Source: the human T2T-CHM13v2.0 reference genome, Homo sapiens. Taken from it: DNA of 64,000 nt. Below are positions 42,690-57,050 of the stretch, piece by piece. Numbering within the stretch: position 1 is the first letter of the stretch; each line of letters begins with the position of its first letter. Under the pieces are notes generated by a model, which was given only the letters and a program-made list of their open reading frames with translations, searched no databases and was not told the origin of the DNA. The position numbers and the translations under genes were made by a program. The stretch lies in assembly GCF_009914755.1 (NCBI RefSeq), contig NC_060933.1. One strand, given 5' to 3'.

Positions 42690-44035
42690 TTAGAATTTTC
42701 ACTCCTAGACTCAGTCCTCAGGAAATAATCTAAAAAGCCAAAAAAAGAGACAAAAATATTTACTATAGCATTATTTACAGGAGTACAAAACTTATAAACA
42801 ACTTAAATGCCAAAATACAGTAAAATTGTAAAGTAATATATGGTATATCCATGCAAAAATTTGAGTAACAGTTTCAGTAGTTTGTAGTAACACAGGAATA
42901 TCTTACTATTATAATATTAAATTGAAAACCAAGGCTTTGAGTTGCACACAAAATACAATTGTAACTATGGAGAAAACTTCATAGAAAAAAATGGTGGAGC
43001 AATTCCAGTAAACTGGAGGAATAATTTAATACAAACAGTCTCCTCCACTACAAACACTTAGGAAGACAGGATAAAAATATATTAAAAACAAAGAAAAATA
43101 ATTTAAATTAAAAGTAAAATTTAACAAAAAGACAAAAGTTCCAGATGCTAAAATAAAAAGTAAACTCAAAGCCAAAGTAATCAATTCTAGCTGATGGTGA
43201 TGGACCCAGAAGAACAGTGCCACTGGATGTAGGCCCTGGGAATAACAAGCTAAGTCTTCAATGCTTATAAAGCTATGATAGATTCACAGGTACCTAACTG
43301 CAGGTCTATTTAAATCATGGAGATGAAACTATGGGTTCTCCATGAAACTAGGACTCTTAAAAAAAAAAAAAAGAAATCTCACATTGAGGATTTTCTTTAA
43401 CAAAAAATAATTGTAAAAGTCTCAAAGAAACAGAAATAAAATGTGCTAACTGCTCTGGGCTTGGGGTGGGTAGAGCCCCACACCATGTTTCCCATATTTT
43501 TATGAAGAATCAAAGTGTGTATTACCAAGAAAGTGTGGAAATTCTGATTTAAGGCCAAAGATATACTTGGAGATTCAGCAGAGGGAAATAACATAAGGCC
43601 AGGTAGGTATTCTTTTTTGCTCATGGAATGTACAACTTAGAGTAAACAACCACAGCTGAAGTAGAGTCCACAGTGAAAAGTACAAAGAAAAAACAAAACA
43701 CACAAACAAATCCATAAAGGAGACTCAACAAATACTGAAATGGAAGTGGCAAAGTACAAAAAATAACAATATGAGACAATAAAAGTAGTATGTTTAAAAT
43801 TACTGAAATGAATAAATAGGCCTAAAATCCATAAGAAAATAAAACAATGCTCATAAAAACTAATGGGCAGATTTGGAAGGAACAACTAGAAATTTTAGAA
43901 AGATACATAAAATAAAAGAATTAAATAAAACATTAAAGATAATTTGTGGGCTGTTGGGCTGATATGAGAATATTATCCAGGATGCAGTTCAGGAGGATAA
44001 GATGGAAAATATATAATGAAGGTTAATGGGCATGG
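42690..44035 (+). mobile_element. Highly decayed L1ME/HAL1-like fragments
   Basis: A-rich sequence with L1-like motifs (TATGGTATATCCATGC, ATTATCCAGGATGCAG). Confidence 0.45.
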
Positions 44036-44039
44036 AGTA

Positions 44040-45134
44040 TCAAACAATCTTGAAAAAAAAAAAAAAAACAGGAGGACTCACACTTCCTGATTTCAAAGCT
44101 TACTACGAAGTTGAAGTAATCAAAACAATGTAGTACTGACATAAAAACTGACAGACAGACCAATGGAATGGACAAGAGAATCCAGAAATAAACCTTACAT
44201 ATATGATCAAATGATTTTTGACAGGTGTGCCAAGACCACTCAACGGGAAAAAGGCAATCTTTTCAAAAAATGGTGCTGAACAACAGAATGTTCACATGCA
44301 AAACCATGATGCTGGACCCTCACTAATACCACATACAAAAACTAACTTAAAAAGGATTTGCAACTTAAAAATAAGAACTTAAAACTTTAAAATTCTTAGA
44401 AGAAAACATAGAGCAGAACTTTTAATGCATTGGATGTGACAATGATTTCTTGGAAATGACACCAAAGATATAGGCAACAAAAAAAATGGACAAATTAGAC
44501 TTTGGGAAAAATTTTAAATTGTATGCATCTGAGATTATACTGTCAACAGAGTAAAAAGGAAACTGACAGAATGACAGAAAATATTTGCAAATCATATATG
44601 ATAAGGGATTAATATCCAGAATATATAGAGAACTCCTAAATCCCAACAACAATGGAAAACAAACTACCCAATTCAAAAATGGGCAAAGGACTTGAACAGA
44701 CATTTCTCCAAAGAAGATATACAAATGGCCAATAAGCACATGGAAAATGATGACATCTGTCAATATCATGAAAATGCAAATCAAAATTACAATGAGATAA
44801 TACCTAATACCCATTAGAAAGGCTACTAAAAAAGAACAGAATATTCCACTGTTGATGAAAATATGTAGACATTGGAACCCTGTGGACTGTTGGTGGGAAT
44901 GTAAAATAGTATATAGCTACTATGAGTAACAGTGTCATTGTTTCTTAAAAAGTTTAAAATAGAATTACTATATGATCTGCCAATTCCACTTTTGTGTACA
45001 TACCCAAAAGAATTAAAAGCAGAGTCTCAAAAAGATATTTGTATACCCATGTTCTTAGCAGCATTATTCACAATAACTAAAACACAGAAGCAAGCAAAGT
45101 GTCCATAAATAGATGAATAGATAAGCAAAATGTG

Positions 45135-45173
<39 letters not shown>

Positions 45174-45540
45174 ATGGAATACTGTTCAGCACTAAAAAGG
45201 GAAGAAACTTCTGACATATGCTACAATGTGGATGAACTTTCTATTTTGCTATGTAAAATAAGCCAGTCACAAAAATACAAACATTGCATTATTCCGCTTA
45301 ACAGAGTACTTAGAATAGTCAAAATCATAGTGACAGAAAATAGAATGGTAGTTGCCAGGGGCTGGGGAGAGGGAAGAATGGGATTTAGGATATAGAGTTT
45401 CACTTGTGTAAGAAGAAAAGAGTCGTGAAGGTGGATGGTAGTGATGACTGCACAAAAATACAAGTGTACTCATAACCACTGAAACTGTACACTTAAAACA
45501 TGTTGGAGAGTAAATATATATTTTACCACAATAGAAAAAA
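44040..45540 (+). mobile_element. L1MB-like 3' ORF2 and 3'UTR
   Basis: GGACTCACACTTCCTGATTTCAAA, AAATGGGCAAAGGACTTGAACAGACATTTCTCCAAAGAAG, GAAACTGTACACTTAAAA; (TA)n(CA)n at 45135-45173. Confidence 0.92.
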
Positions 45541-46589
45541 ATGATCATGATGATTAATGTGTCCAAACTTTCACAGTTTCCACCAGAATTCAAGACATGT
45601 TGGCAAAAAAAGGGAAAATATCAATAGAATATCATTGTAGGACACATGATATGAGAGAAAAATTTCTTTTGGGAGCCTCAGCCGCTCTCATTTACTTCTT
45701 CATTTCACATTTAAAACCATGGTTATTAAGAAGTGTATCATATATTCAGTAGGAAAATGTATTTGCAAAAGGAACATTCTTATTGATAACAATGTTGGCA
45801 TGCTTTATTAAGTGTTTAAAGAGTGGAATTAATGTATGATTCAGAAATTAGGTTCCTGGAGGGAGTAGTGATAATGGAAACTCTTCACTGTGAAGCAAAC
45901 GAAAGATATCAGAACAAGATTTAAGTCTTAAATTGCAACCCATCAGATGCAGAAGATGAAATATCTGTCAGTTCAGCCTGCAGAATACTATTTCAGACTT
46001 CGGTTTCCCTTCTGTTGATCTTCCCTGCATCTGCTGTGTGGACCTCTCTTCTCAACTAGTTTGAGAATATTCAAGGAAGATCCAAGGCTGTTGAAATCTT
46101 CTGCCTTGGCTCTCCAGTTCCAAAAGCCTGCTCTATTTCTGTCATAAGAGTTATTTGGTGAGATTCATATTACATGAGTATCTTGTAATTTCCCACTTGA
46201 TTAGACCAAGCCTTGTGGGAGGAAGTAATAGTATTTCCTTTTAAGGCGATATTAAAGGCATAATATTTGTTCCATGTAATTCTCCTTCATCTTATAACTA
46301 TTGAATTTCTGCTTAATTTCTAAAACTATGTGACATCTGTTCGTTGGTATACATGAAATCTTCATTTTGGCCTTATATATGGACACTTTTTGTGACTGCC
46401 ACTTGTGTTTTAACAAGAGCAAATCTGTTCTGAAGGTCAGTTCCAGGGTTTTAGATACATGCATAAAATCAAGCTTATTATCTTGAAATTCAAAATTTCT
46501 GTATCTTTACTAATTTTATCTGTTACTTCTATTAGTCGCCACAAATAGCTGTTCTCAATAAGAGATTTGGTTAAGTCAAATTGTATAAA

Positions 46590-48310
46590 ATACGAAACTT
46601 GGTCTAATGCACATATACTGAAATTTATACCACATAAAAAGCAGTTACAATCTTTTCAAGCATATAGAATCATTTCCAAAATTTGAGCATGAACTATGCA
46701 ACAAAGAGAATCTTAACAATACTGAAGAATAACTATCTCACAAAATAGGTTATTTGATGTTAATGTTATCCATTAGAAATTAACAACAAAAAATTGGAGG
46801 ATAATAAGCTTAACCAAAAATACCTTAGAAATTAAAAAACAATTTTTAATGTTTAATGTGTTAAAGAAGAATTCACAATTAAAATAATGATGTATTTAAA
46901 ACAATGAAAATGCTTTGCATCCAGTAATTGTCTGAATTTATAGAGAAATTTATTGCCTGACAAACATATATATAATGATGGTCTAATCAATAAATGATAA
47001 TGTGCTATAGTCAATATATATGTTTAAATATAGGTCTCTACCTCACAACAAATAAAACAATAAATTCAAGATACACTAATCAGCTAATGTGAAAAAAGAA
47101 GCATGAATTTTAAACTCTCAGAAAACAATATTGAAGAATATCTTCATGTAATGGAACAGAAATGAATTTATCAAAGAAGACAAAAATAAATTGTTTATAT
47201 ATTTGGCTATACTGTTATTAATGTACCCCATATGTCAATTTTTAAACATTAACAGCAGACTGGGAGATGATATTTGTAATGAATAAAACTGTCAAAATTA
47301 ACTGATTTGTATATACATTCAAATCACTGTGAAAATCAGGGAATACTGAAGAAGAAAATTGCAAAAGTATGGATAAAGAGGTCAAAAAAGAAGAAGCAAA
47401 TTATATTATATTTACAAAGAGATATTTACCTTGCTAGTAATCTGAGACATGCAAATTAAAACAATGAGCTATTATGTCACTGCACATAGCCAAAAATAAA
47501 TAAATAAAATCTGAAAATACCACTTTGTGTCAAGGATATGGAGAAATGCACATTGTCTTACACAGCAGGAATAAGTATATTTTATAACTGTTATTGAGAA
47601 CAATGTGGGATATTCAAGTTGAAAATACTCTTTGTGCATGTTTGAACAATGATATCCATTAAAGCATTTTTTATCATAAAAGTAAAAGGAACAATCTAAG
47701 GATTCATCAGTAGGAGAATGGATAACTGTGAAATATTTATACAGTAGAATACTTTAGATCAGTTAAAATGAATGAGTTGTATTAACCTGAATAAATATAT
47801 GAATATAGAAAACAATGTTGAGTGAAAAAAATGCAGAAATATAGGTGCAACATATCGTTTATATAAAGCGTAAATACACACAAATAAGAATTCTACATTG
47901 TTTGCTCATGGACAGATACATCGGTGATTAAATTATATGCACAAACCTCAAGGTAGTGGCTACATCTCAGAGTGAATGATGTGACAGTGTGCAGTGAAGG
48001 TTTCAATTATATTCAAAATCTTGAAAAATTTTTAAAAAGGATCTGAATCAAATATAGTAAAATGTTTACCTTTGGTTAATCAGAGTTGTGAATACTAGAG
48101 TTGTTTTGTGCTATTATATATATTTTTTTCATTAGAAATTGTCCACAATTTTAAAAAATTATTTTAAAAATAAAACAAGGGTTTCATTTGGTAAAAGGGA
48201 GTATATCAAAATGTTTTTAGTAGTCATTTATCAGGGAAGTAATCATAGATTTGTTTTACACTTCTTCATAATTTTTTCAAATTTTTCTGTTAAGTTTTAT
48301 TTTATTATTA
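46590..48310 (+). mobile_element. L1ME fragments
   Basis: ATGCAAATTAAAACAATGAG, CATCAGTAGGAGAATGGATAA and AACAATGTTGAGTGAAAAA motifs. Confidence 0.7.
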
Positions 48311-50704
48311 GAAAAAAATTCATTTTATTTAAAAAGAAAACATCCCTAGGGCTCTTCTGTGAAGATTTTTTCTGAAACTAAGCTGCCATCACACTGAAGG
48401 TGATACAGCTTGAGAGGGTACCATTTCTTTGAAAAGTTAACTGAAGTATTTTTTGGATTCCTTTCAACCCCATTGTGAGAGCTGCCTTCACTGTGCTAAA
48501 TGCTGACATGGATGCTAAAGCTGATTATCATCAGAATCATTGGGGCAGAATGAATTCTTCCTACTGAAATTTAAGTCCCTGAAGAGTAAAACTTCTCCAA
48601 AAAATGTAAATGTTCAAATTCAGTGTGCCTTTTTCTCTTTTCATTTCTAAAGATTACTAGGAATACATAATTTAGGCAGTTTGGCTTGCTAAAATCAATG
48701 TCTCCTGCCTGGTTTTGACTGATACTTGTTTGCTTGGAGTTATAGGGAGGACTTTTATAAGTGTTCTTCATGATATTAGCCTCTTAGATTGATAGATTCT
48801 GATTTTTTTTAATGGTAAAACTTTCATACTGAGTAAAATACCAAACTCAACCTGTCAAAGAAGAATAGATTTTTGATCAGCAGAAAGCACAGCGGTGCAT
48901 CCATATCTTTTTAGCACCCAGTCATGCTTGTTTGACACAGTTTACACCTAAATTAGTTATACTTTTAGGAATTTTTTGTAATAGTCATATCAAAAAATAA
49001 CATTTGCTCCATAGGCATTGAATATAACACTGGATGGTTATTGATTTTTTTCCAAGGTCTTTCTTGACGCTTTTAAGAACTGTCACCCTCAGGATCTCAT
49101 CTCCAAGACTGAGAAAATACAATTTTATCATGTGCAATGGGCTTAGGCAGCAAGCAAGCCCTTTAGGCTGAATGCATATTCTCAAGATTCCTTGGGGTTA
49201 ATTAAAAATGGTCAGTGTAACATTATGCAGAGAATTTGAAGCTTGTTTTCCTGGAATGGAGGAGAAATAAACAATGAATTTCCCCAGTTTTATCAAGTAC
49301 TTTACACAAGTCTTAGAATGAAGACCGTGAGACCAATTGTTTCTAGAAGAAAATAGTGTTATGAAACTTTTACTTTTCTGAAAATCCTTGGGTTTTGTTG
49401 CTTCCTTCATAAAGCACATACACAAACAGAGTCTGAATTAGATATTCTATTGACATGTTTTAGAAGGAAAGAAGATTAAGCTAAGTGTTTGAGATTCAAA
49501 CCGACTGTTCCATGGTTTCTAATCATTGCAAACCTGATGTTTTAAATCATTAAGCCATTCCTTCTAGCTTACCATGGGAATATATTTCCATATAGTTTGC
49601 TGTGATATATTGAGAGAGATAAGAATTAGAATTCATTTGCCATTTAATTTTTCTACCAAAGTGACTTTAAAGGTCATGTGATGCCCACATTTCTATTTCT
49701 AGAATATTTTCACTTCATCTACCAGAAATCTTTGTGTCAAGGTAATTTATTTGACTACACTCTTATGATTTTAGCATCATAGTTACACTTATTTGAATAA
49801 ATGCAGAGTTTCATCTGATTCTAACCAACAAAGTCAGAAAAACAGAAATGGTAATTTTGAACAACTCTAATTTATCATAAAGTAAGTTGTTGTATTTTTC
49901 CTTACACTGAACAGACCAAGAAGATTAAAGGTGTTCATTTTTAACTCTCATTCTAACCTACTCTTAATTCAAGTTATTGAGAATTTCTGATCTAAAATGA
50001 ATTTTCTTACATGAAAATTCATTTTAGATTGGATTTCTGATTTAAATAAAATAATTTCTGATCTGAAACAAATTTTTTATATGAAGCTTTAGTTTCATTT
50101 ATTGAATTTTCTGATAACATATAATTTCCTCTCTGCCTCCCTGTCAAGTCTGCACTCCTCAACCTCTGAGGCTTTGGGTTAGAAAAAGTAGTTTTTAAAA
50201 ATAGAAGGAATCAAAATAAAAGTAAAAACCTGTAGAAAATCTGAGGTTCAAAAACTCCAGGAGAGTCTGTAAAAAATTCTAAAACAAGGTAAGAAGCAAG
50301 AGTTCTGAAATACAATCTGGTCAGATTTGAGAGCCAAGTCTGTCTTCTGAGCCTTATAGGACTTATAACTGAATGGATTTCAGAGCAAAAGGTACAAGGA
50401 ACAGGATGCTATATTTCCTTCATATCCCTAGAACTTCATGCGTACCTGATACAGGAAAAATTTTCAATAAATATTTGTTGAAATAGAAAATAATGAGTAA
50501 ATGAACAAATGAAAACTAAAGCAGCAAACTGTAAGTAATTTAAAAGATCCCGCTAAATCCTAAAACCATCTCACAATATTCATCCTTTCCTTTTATTATT
50601 GATTTCCTCATTCAGGGTCAAATGCAGTGGCACAGTAAGGGCTGAAGCAAGAGAACATTTCACCTAGCTTATAACTAAAGAGTCTATCTAAGCTTTTAGT
50701 ATGT

Positions 50705-50865
50705 GAACGTGCTTCCAAACTTGGTAAATTGTGATTCCCAGGCCTACTATGCAGCAATTCTGATTCAGTGTTTAGGGATAGAACACAGAAATCTACATTT
50801 TTAAATAATACCTCAAGCAATTTGGATTTAGATAGTCTCAGAATCACATTTTGAAAAGCAATGAA
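50705..50865. mobile_element. MER5-like DNA transposon fragment
   Basis: GATTCCCAGGCC..TTCTGATTCAGTG..AATCTACATTTTTAA..CACATTTTGAAAAGC. Confidence 0.55.
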
Positions 50866-52279
50866 ATGGATACTCGATATATGTTGAGTCAATGAATGAA
50901 ACTTGATGAATGCCAGCCCTGGTTAGACTCCACTCCTGGCTTTATTGGGTAGGCCAGTGCTTTCAACTGGAAGATAAAATAACAGCAACTTATTAAGTGC
51001 TTACTCGTATCATCCTCAATTGTTTGCTCTGGAAAATAATTTATGTAAGTCAGCAATGACCACCAGTTTTATAATCGTCTCCCCTCAATACTACAATAGC
51101 TTTGACCTCCATGGTTCTGCTAAATATCTGCCCAGGAGAAAGAACTAAAAAGTAATGTGAGGACATCACAACAGGTCCTAATGAGATCCTGAGCCATGTC
51201 TCCATCTCATCTCCTCGTATAATAAAAAATAAAAATGAAACAAAACAAAATTAAAAACATCACTTATTTTCCCCAAAATACAGGATAGTTTACCATAGGT
51301 GAAAATTTAGGAAATGTAATAATCTTATTCATTAGTATTTTAACTGGTCTGAGCACCTAAATCCTGGAGGCTACTACCAGCGCTAACAGTCCTCTTTCCC
51401 CACTAACGAAGGCCCATAGTCCTTATCTTTAGCAAGAATTTTCAAGTGAAAATTATTGATAGGAAAGTTTTTTTCATGAGTTGTATTCTAAAAAGAAATA
51501 GAAACTGGATTCCCATCATACTGTTTTAAACCAGCCAATTTATATCAGAGTCCTCTAGGTATATATTACATGGATATTTCCAAGGGTAAAGAAGGTATGT
51601 GTCACCTCTCAATGTGCGGGCAATTGCACATGAAATACAACTGTGGCTTGTTACTGAAAAGTCACACCTCTGATCCACAAATCGGCTTAATGTAACCATT
51701 TTTCAACATGTTAATACATTTTCCTGTTTAAAATTCCTGCTTAGTGGAAAGTTTCGCCATTGAGCATCTGATTTAATTTTGTCTGCTTGGATGCCCTTTA
51801 GGTGAAGGACACCATTCAATATCAGAATTAGAAGCATTATGTTCATTTTTCCCCCTGCAGCCAGGGAAAGAGAAAGGAGAGCACAAAGAGGCAGAGACTC
51901 AAACAACTCTAGATGCAGCAATTCTCCAGCCGCTGAGCAATGAGGTTTCATATGCTGCTGGAGGACCCATTCATCTTAATCCATCTGGAAAGAGGGCTAT
52001 GCGCAGTATTTCACAATCTAAGTACTTTCTGACAAATCTATTAATTATGCACTCAAACAAATTATTTGCTGCCTGTGGAGAATTGCTACTGGATTTTCTC
52101 TTATGCCAGAATCCATGTTCTTTTTTCTGCTTTTAACTCACTGCTGTCATTGGCACAGTCATATTAGTCCCTGTTCTCAATTGTCATCATTTTAAATTTA
52201 GATGTGGTCACTTCTAGAGAGAAGTTAAATAAGTAAGGTAACATGACACCTAACAGCCAAGAGACATTTTCCAACTACT

Positions 52280-52664
52280 TTCTTCTTCTTTTTTTTAAAA
52301 TTATACTTTAAGTTCTGGGATACATGTGCAGAACGTGCAGGTTTGTTACATATGTATACACGTGCCATGGTGGTTTGCTGTACCCATCAACCCATCATTT
52401 ACATTAGGTATTTCTCTTAATGCTATCCCTTCCCTAGCCCCTCACCCCACAACAGGTCCCAGTGTGTGATGTTACCCTCCTTGTGTCCATATGGTCTCAC
52501 TGTTCAACTCCCACTTAAGAGTGAGAACATGCAGTGTTTGGTTTTCTGTTCTTGTCTTAGTTTGCTGAGAATGATGGTTTCCAGCTTTATCCACGTCCCT
52601 GCAAAGGACATGAACTCATTCTTTTTTATGGCTGCGTAGTATTCCACAGTGTATATGTGCCACC
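52280..52664 (-). mobile_element. L1PA (PA7-like) 3' end
   Basis: TTATACTTTAAGTTCTGGGATACATGTGCAGAACGTGCAGG..CCCTGCAAAGGACATGAACTC. Confidence 0.93.
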
Positions 52665-53021
52665 ACAAGATGAGATAGTTCAATGGCTTACTGAGGCTTC
52701 CCTCATACCCATGACTGCTTTTTCTCAGTTCTAAAGACAAGTCTTCCCTCAGCATTCATGAATAACTTTATGAAACATACATGATGTTTGGAAGAAAAAA
52801 ATAGAGTTTCAGTTTATTCTCACTTATTTGATTATTATTGTCAAGTTCTAGAATATCATTGAAAGAGATCAAGTCATTTTATTTCTAAGTAATTTATTTT
52901 CTAGCCTTAGAAGTACTATGTGAAATTATGGAAAAATATTTAAAACAATTAAAAGGAATACAAATTGAAATTACCCATAATACCACCAACTGTTTTGTAT
53001 GGATGTCTTTCTACTCTTTAT

Positions 53022-53631
53022 TGTTGGGGAAGCACAATTAAAAACAAAATCTTCCAACCTAGAAAACCTCTTCACAAAGGTAGAAGAGAAAGAAAGCTAT
53101 TTTATTTTTGAATAAGCATTAAACCAAAATCTGATGCATATCATAGGCAATCTGCTAAGAGGTTGCAAAAACAGGAAAAAAAAACACCTCTCCTTTTTAA
53201 ATAGCCAGGCAGACACAATTCATTACATGCATGTTTTCAAGATAAACAATAACTAGTCTTCAAGTAAGTGAACCTGACATCACTATTTGCCACACAGAGT
53301 TCATCCTAAATTCACCTGCAACGTGGAGCAAGGTGCCCACCAAAATTAGACTTTTACTCAGAAACTGGCAGATAAGGGTGCTATCTTCCTTAATGTTTAT
53401 ATTCTGAAAACATGGCTTCAAGATCCCTGAGAAAGACGTTTCTGGGTCATAAAGCTAACAAAAGTCCTAGCTGGTTTTCAAAAGGATTTATATATATTTC
53501 AAAGAGAGAAGAAAGTATTTGCAATTATAAGTTTTCTAAAATAAATGCTCTAAAAAAGCAGCAGAGGCAAATCAATTATTTTCAACAAGGAGCACGAAGC
53601 CTCTTGGTTTTAATTTGTATTTCGTCTTACA
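53022..53631 (-). mobile_element. ERV1 (MER4-group) solo LTR, subfamily uncertain
   Basis: TG..CA ends; CAAAGGTAGAAGAGAAAGAAA..GAATAAGCATTAAACC and a TTTATT poly(A) signal on the minus strand. Confidence 0.7.
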
Positions 53632-56629
53632 ACTACACGTAATTTTTAAAATCTTATAAGATTCTGTCATTAAAATGTAGAATAATTTCCCTATCTCCCA
53701 TCATTGGACATTTTAAAAAACTATCTAATTCTAAATAATGTTACAATATACATTCTTACAAATAAGACTTCCAAGCACTTTTATTTTTACCCCATAAAAT
53801 GTGACAGTGTTCTCTTTACAACAAAGAGAAAAATACCCAATGTTGCCTGCAAGTAAGTGTACATGCATACATTGAAAACAATACAAACACATAGTGCACC
53901 TCTGATAATTTAAAATGTATGTAACAAACGTATTCAGTAACTAGCTGTATCCCTTCAACAACAGATCAAATGCTGAGAAAAAGTAATGTTCAGATCTCCA
54001 TCATCAAATCCTGATTTCAGAATTGAGCTCCTTAGGAGCATTAATAAACTGACTAACTGTTCATTTTATAGAAATACGAAGCATTTATGTCCCATCTTCT
54101 GACTATTAGGGCCATTCCCTCTGTGAAAGGACAAAACTGCTCTAGATTGGAATGGCCTATAGCTCCTCTAATAAGAAGAAAAAATCATTTTCCAAATAGC
54201 AGTTGGGTGTCTTGGAAAAGTAAGTGGATCTCCAGGATGACAACAAAGGAAAAGATTTTCTTTTCTTATATTAGAGGAAAGAATATACTTCTTTTTAATT
54301 TTATAATAACTTTTTGAGGTAGGTATTACCTTTTTACACCTAAAGAAATTGAAGAACTAGGGTGGGAGTGGGGGATCATAAAGCAAGCAAATGGCAGATC
54401 CAGGATTTGAACTCATCACTGTCAGATTTCAAAATCCCTGTTCTCTTTATTACAGTAGTATGCATTGTGTAGACAATAACTATGGGCTGTAGGTTCTGCT
54501 TCTTGCTTTGAAATGCATTGGTGTCATATTACTTGTGGTTTCATAATTACTAGAAGAAAAGAAGGACATGGTAGGAAATGCAAGAACTTCTAACTGAATG
54601 AAAAGATGGCAGCAGATTTGAGAAAGAATTCATAGAGAATTTCCAGAACTTAGACTAAATTAATAGAGAAAGGAAGCAAGATGAAGGCATATAGGAGTAC
54701 AAAATGACCAGCTTTATTTGCCAACACTTCCTTTTCTAATCTCAGAAAAAAATAAATAAATAAACATCCTCCTAGCCAAGATAATTTGCTTCACAGAAAA
54801 AATCTTAATAAATCCACAATATTTTCATAGAATATTTGTTTGTTTTCCTGAGATTGAGCAATGATCAGATGTTTGCCTTAAAGAAAAAAGCAAAATACTG
54901 AAATTTATAATCAATAATTTATCTCAATATAGTGGGAAACAATTGGTGTTTACTTCTTAAAAAGTTTTTATCTAAGTACCAAATTTTATAAATTATGTTG
55001 GACGGCAGTTAGTCATAGCAACTGCAATTTCTTTACCTTTCTCTATTTTAAAGAATGTTACTTCTTTTGAGAATATAATTGACAGTCTTGCTTTCAAGTT
55101 GTCTTCTCAATATCCCAAGATTATGGTTTGTTAATATTAATAAAACCTCTCTATAAAAGATGGAAAATGTGCTGTCAATACTTATTTTGCTCTTTAAAGG
55201 ATAACAGTTAAAATAGTACTCTTCAATCATAGTATAGACATTTCAATCAAATCACGGTCGAGAGCAAAATAGTTTAGTTACTGAGAAAATATCCCCTGAT
55301 TTAACTTCTTTTAATATGGTGTCCTAGTTAGTCCAGGTTTGAGACTGGATATGTCTGAAATATGAAGAGTAGAGTTGGGTGATATCATTCTTTTAAGTAT
55401 CTGCTTGCTTAATTTATATATATATAAAATAAAAAATTTATATATGAATTTAAATATCTTTACATAAATATATAAAACAATAAACATTTATTTATTTTTA
55501 GAGAAGAAAAGAGTTATGCAAAGGATCCAATGATATATGAATATGAGAATGATGCAAACAATGGCATGGCCTCTGTCTATCCACACTCTCACCCTCAGTT
55601 TGCACTAATAGACTAGGCTTGAGCCTGAAAAAGAAGGAAGAGAGGTCAAAAATGAAGAGGCAAATGATGATGACAATCAGGATTGCCTTGGAGCACAAGG
55701 AGCAAGTGAAATGAGTTCAGCATGAGATGGGTGTTACACAAGAGGGGACAGGCAGACATTCTCCTCATGTCAGGAGCAAGCAGCAGCAGAATCAGATCAC
55801 AACCTCAAAGCATCAGCACAACAGTAGCAGTGTCCGAGTGACACAAGAGTGGTGGCCCAAGCCAGATCCCTCACTGAGTCCTAGAAAAGACACAAGTGAG
55901 GGATTAATTGATCATTAGCAAAGGGAGTTTGAGAATTACTGAAATGAAGAAATGTTATTGGAATACAATTTATACCTACTACCTAGTCAAGCCTAGGCCA
56001 TGAAATTTATGTAACATGTTGGCTTTCATCATCTTTAAACCACTGAGTTTCTTAAAACTTCTTGTGCCTGCTGTCAACAAAATATTTCATAGTCATGAAA
56101 AGTTTCCAAAAGAAGACACACATACCTGTGTCTAGATACTGCACATCAGTGCAGTGTAGCACCTACTTTCCCTGTGGAAAGTAATCATAATAAAGAAGCC
56201 GGAAACAAAATGTATATCATCTCAATGCATTGTTTAATCTGCCAGCCTCATTAGAATTTTCACAGGGAAACAGAGAGAGAACTCATATAGAGGGAAGAAC
56301 AGCATCAAGGATTAATTAGGCACATTCAATGTACCAAGCCCTGTGCTAGGTACCAGCCAATGTTATCTGACATAACTCTCACTTCTATGGGGGTGAAAGA
56401 ATGATTATCACTCTGCAACAGATGAGGAAGTAGAGTTCAGAGTTTACATGCTTCCCACAGGGGTCGTAGAACAATTCCCTAACTCTAACTCTAATCTTGA
56501 TTTTACTCTTTCAGTTTCACCATCTCTCTTTTCCACTCTGACTACATGAGATTCATGCAAATAATCTTTAAGCAAACAGTCTGCATGTTAACATGATACA
56601 CAACCAAGACACTTAGCACTCAAAATTTC

Positions 56630-57050
56630 AACAACTGAAATATTTTATTGCAAGCAAAAGAAACCGACTCTGGCTAACTTGAACAGGAAAAAAAAATTCT
56701 TTCAGGCATATGCAGTAGCTTACATAATCAAAGAGAACCAGAACAGCCATGGCTAAAAGAAAGAGGGCAAACAGGTTAACTCTGGGGAGAAGAAACAAAT
56801 GGGTCATCTCTTCAGGGCTCCACTGTCGGAATGAATCAGCTGCAGATTATTTCCACGTTTGTATCACTCCACTCTCCTCAAGCTTCAGAATCCGAAAGAG
56901 AGAAAGAGTGTGGTCCAGCCTGTGTCACATGTGCGTACCACAGCAGGGGAGGGTAAGGTTCCCTAATTGAGTGCATGCAGCAGGGGAAGAGAAGTTCCCC
57001 ATAGGAAAATCAGAGTGCTGGGCTGGCGAAACACCAGATCCTTACTACAA
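56630..57050 (-). mobile_element. Old MLT1 (K/L/M-like) LTR
   Basis: TTGCAAGCAAAAGAAACCGACTCTGGCTAACTT..GGAAAATCAGAGTGCTG..TACTACA. Confidence 0.6.

Noticed and set aside
44422-44814. 130-aa hydrophobic ORF
   Set aside because: Antisense frame of L1 ORF2
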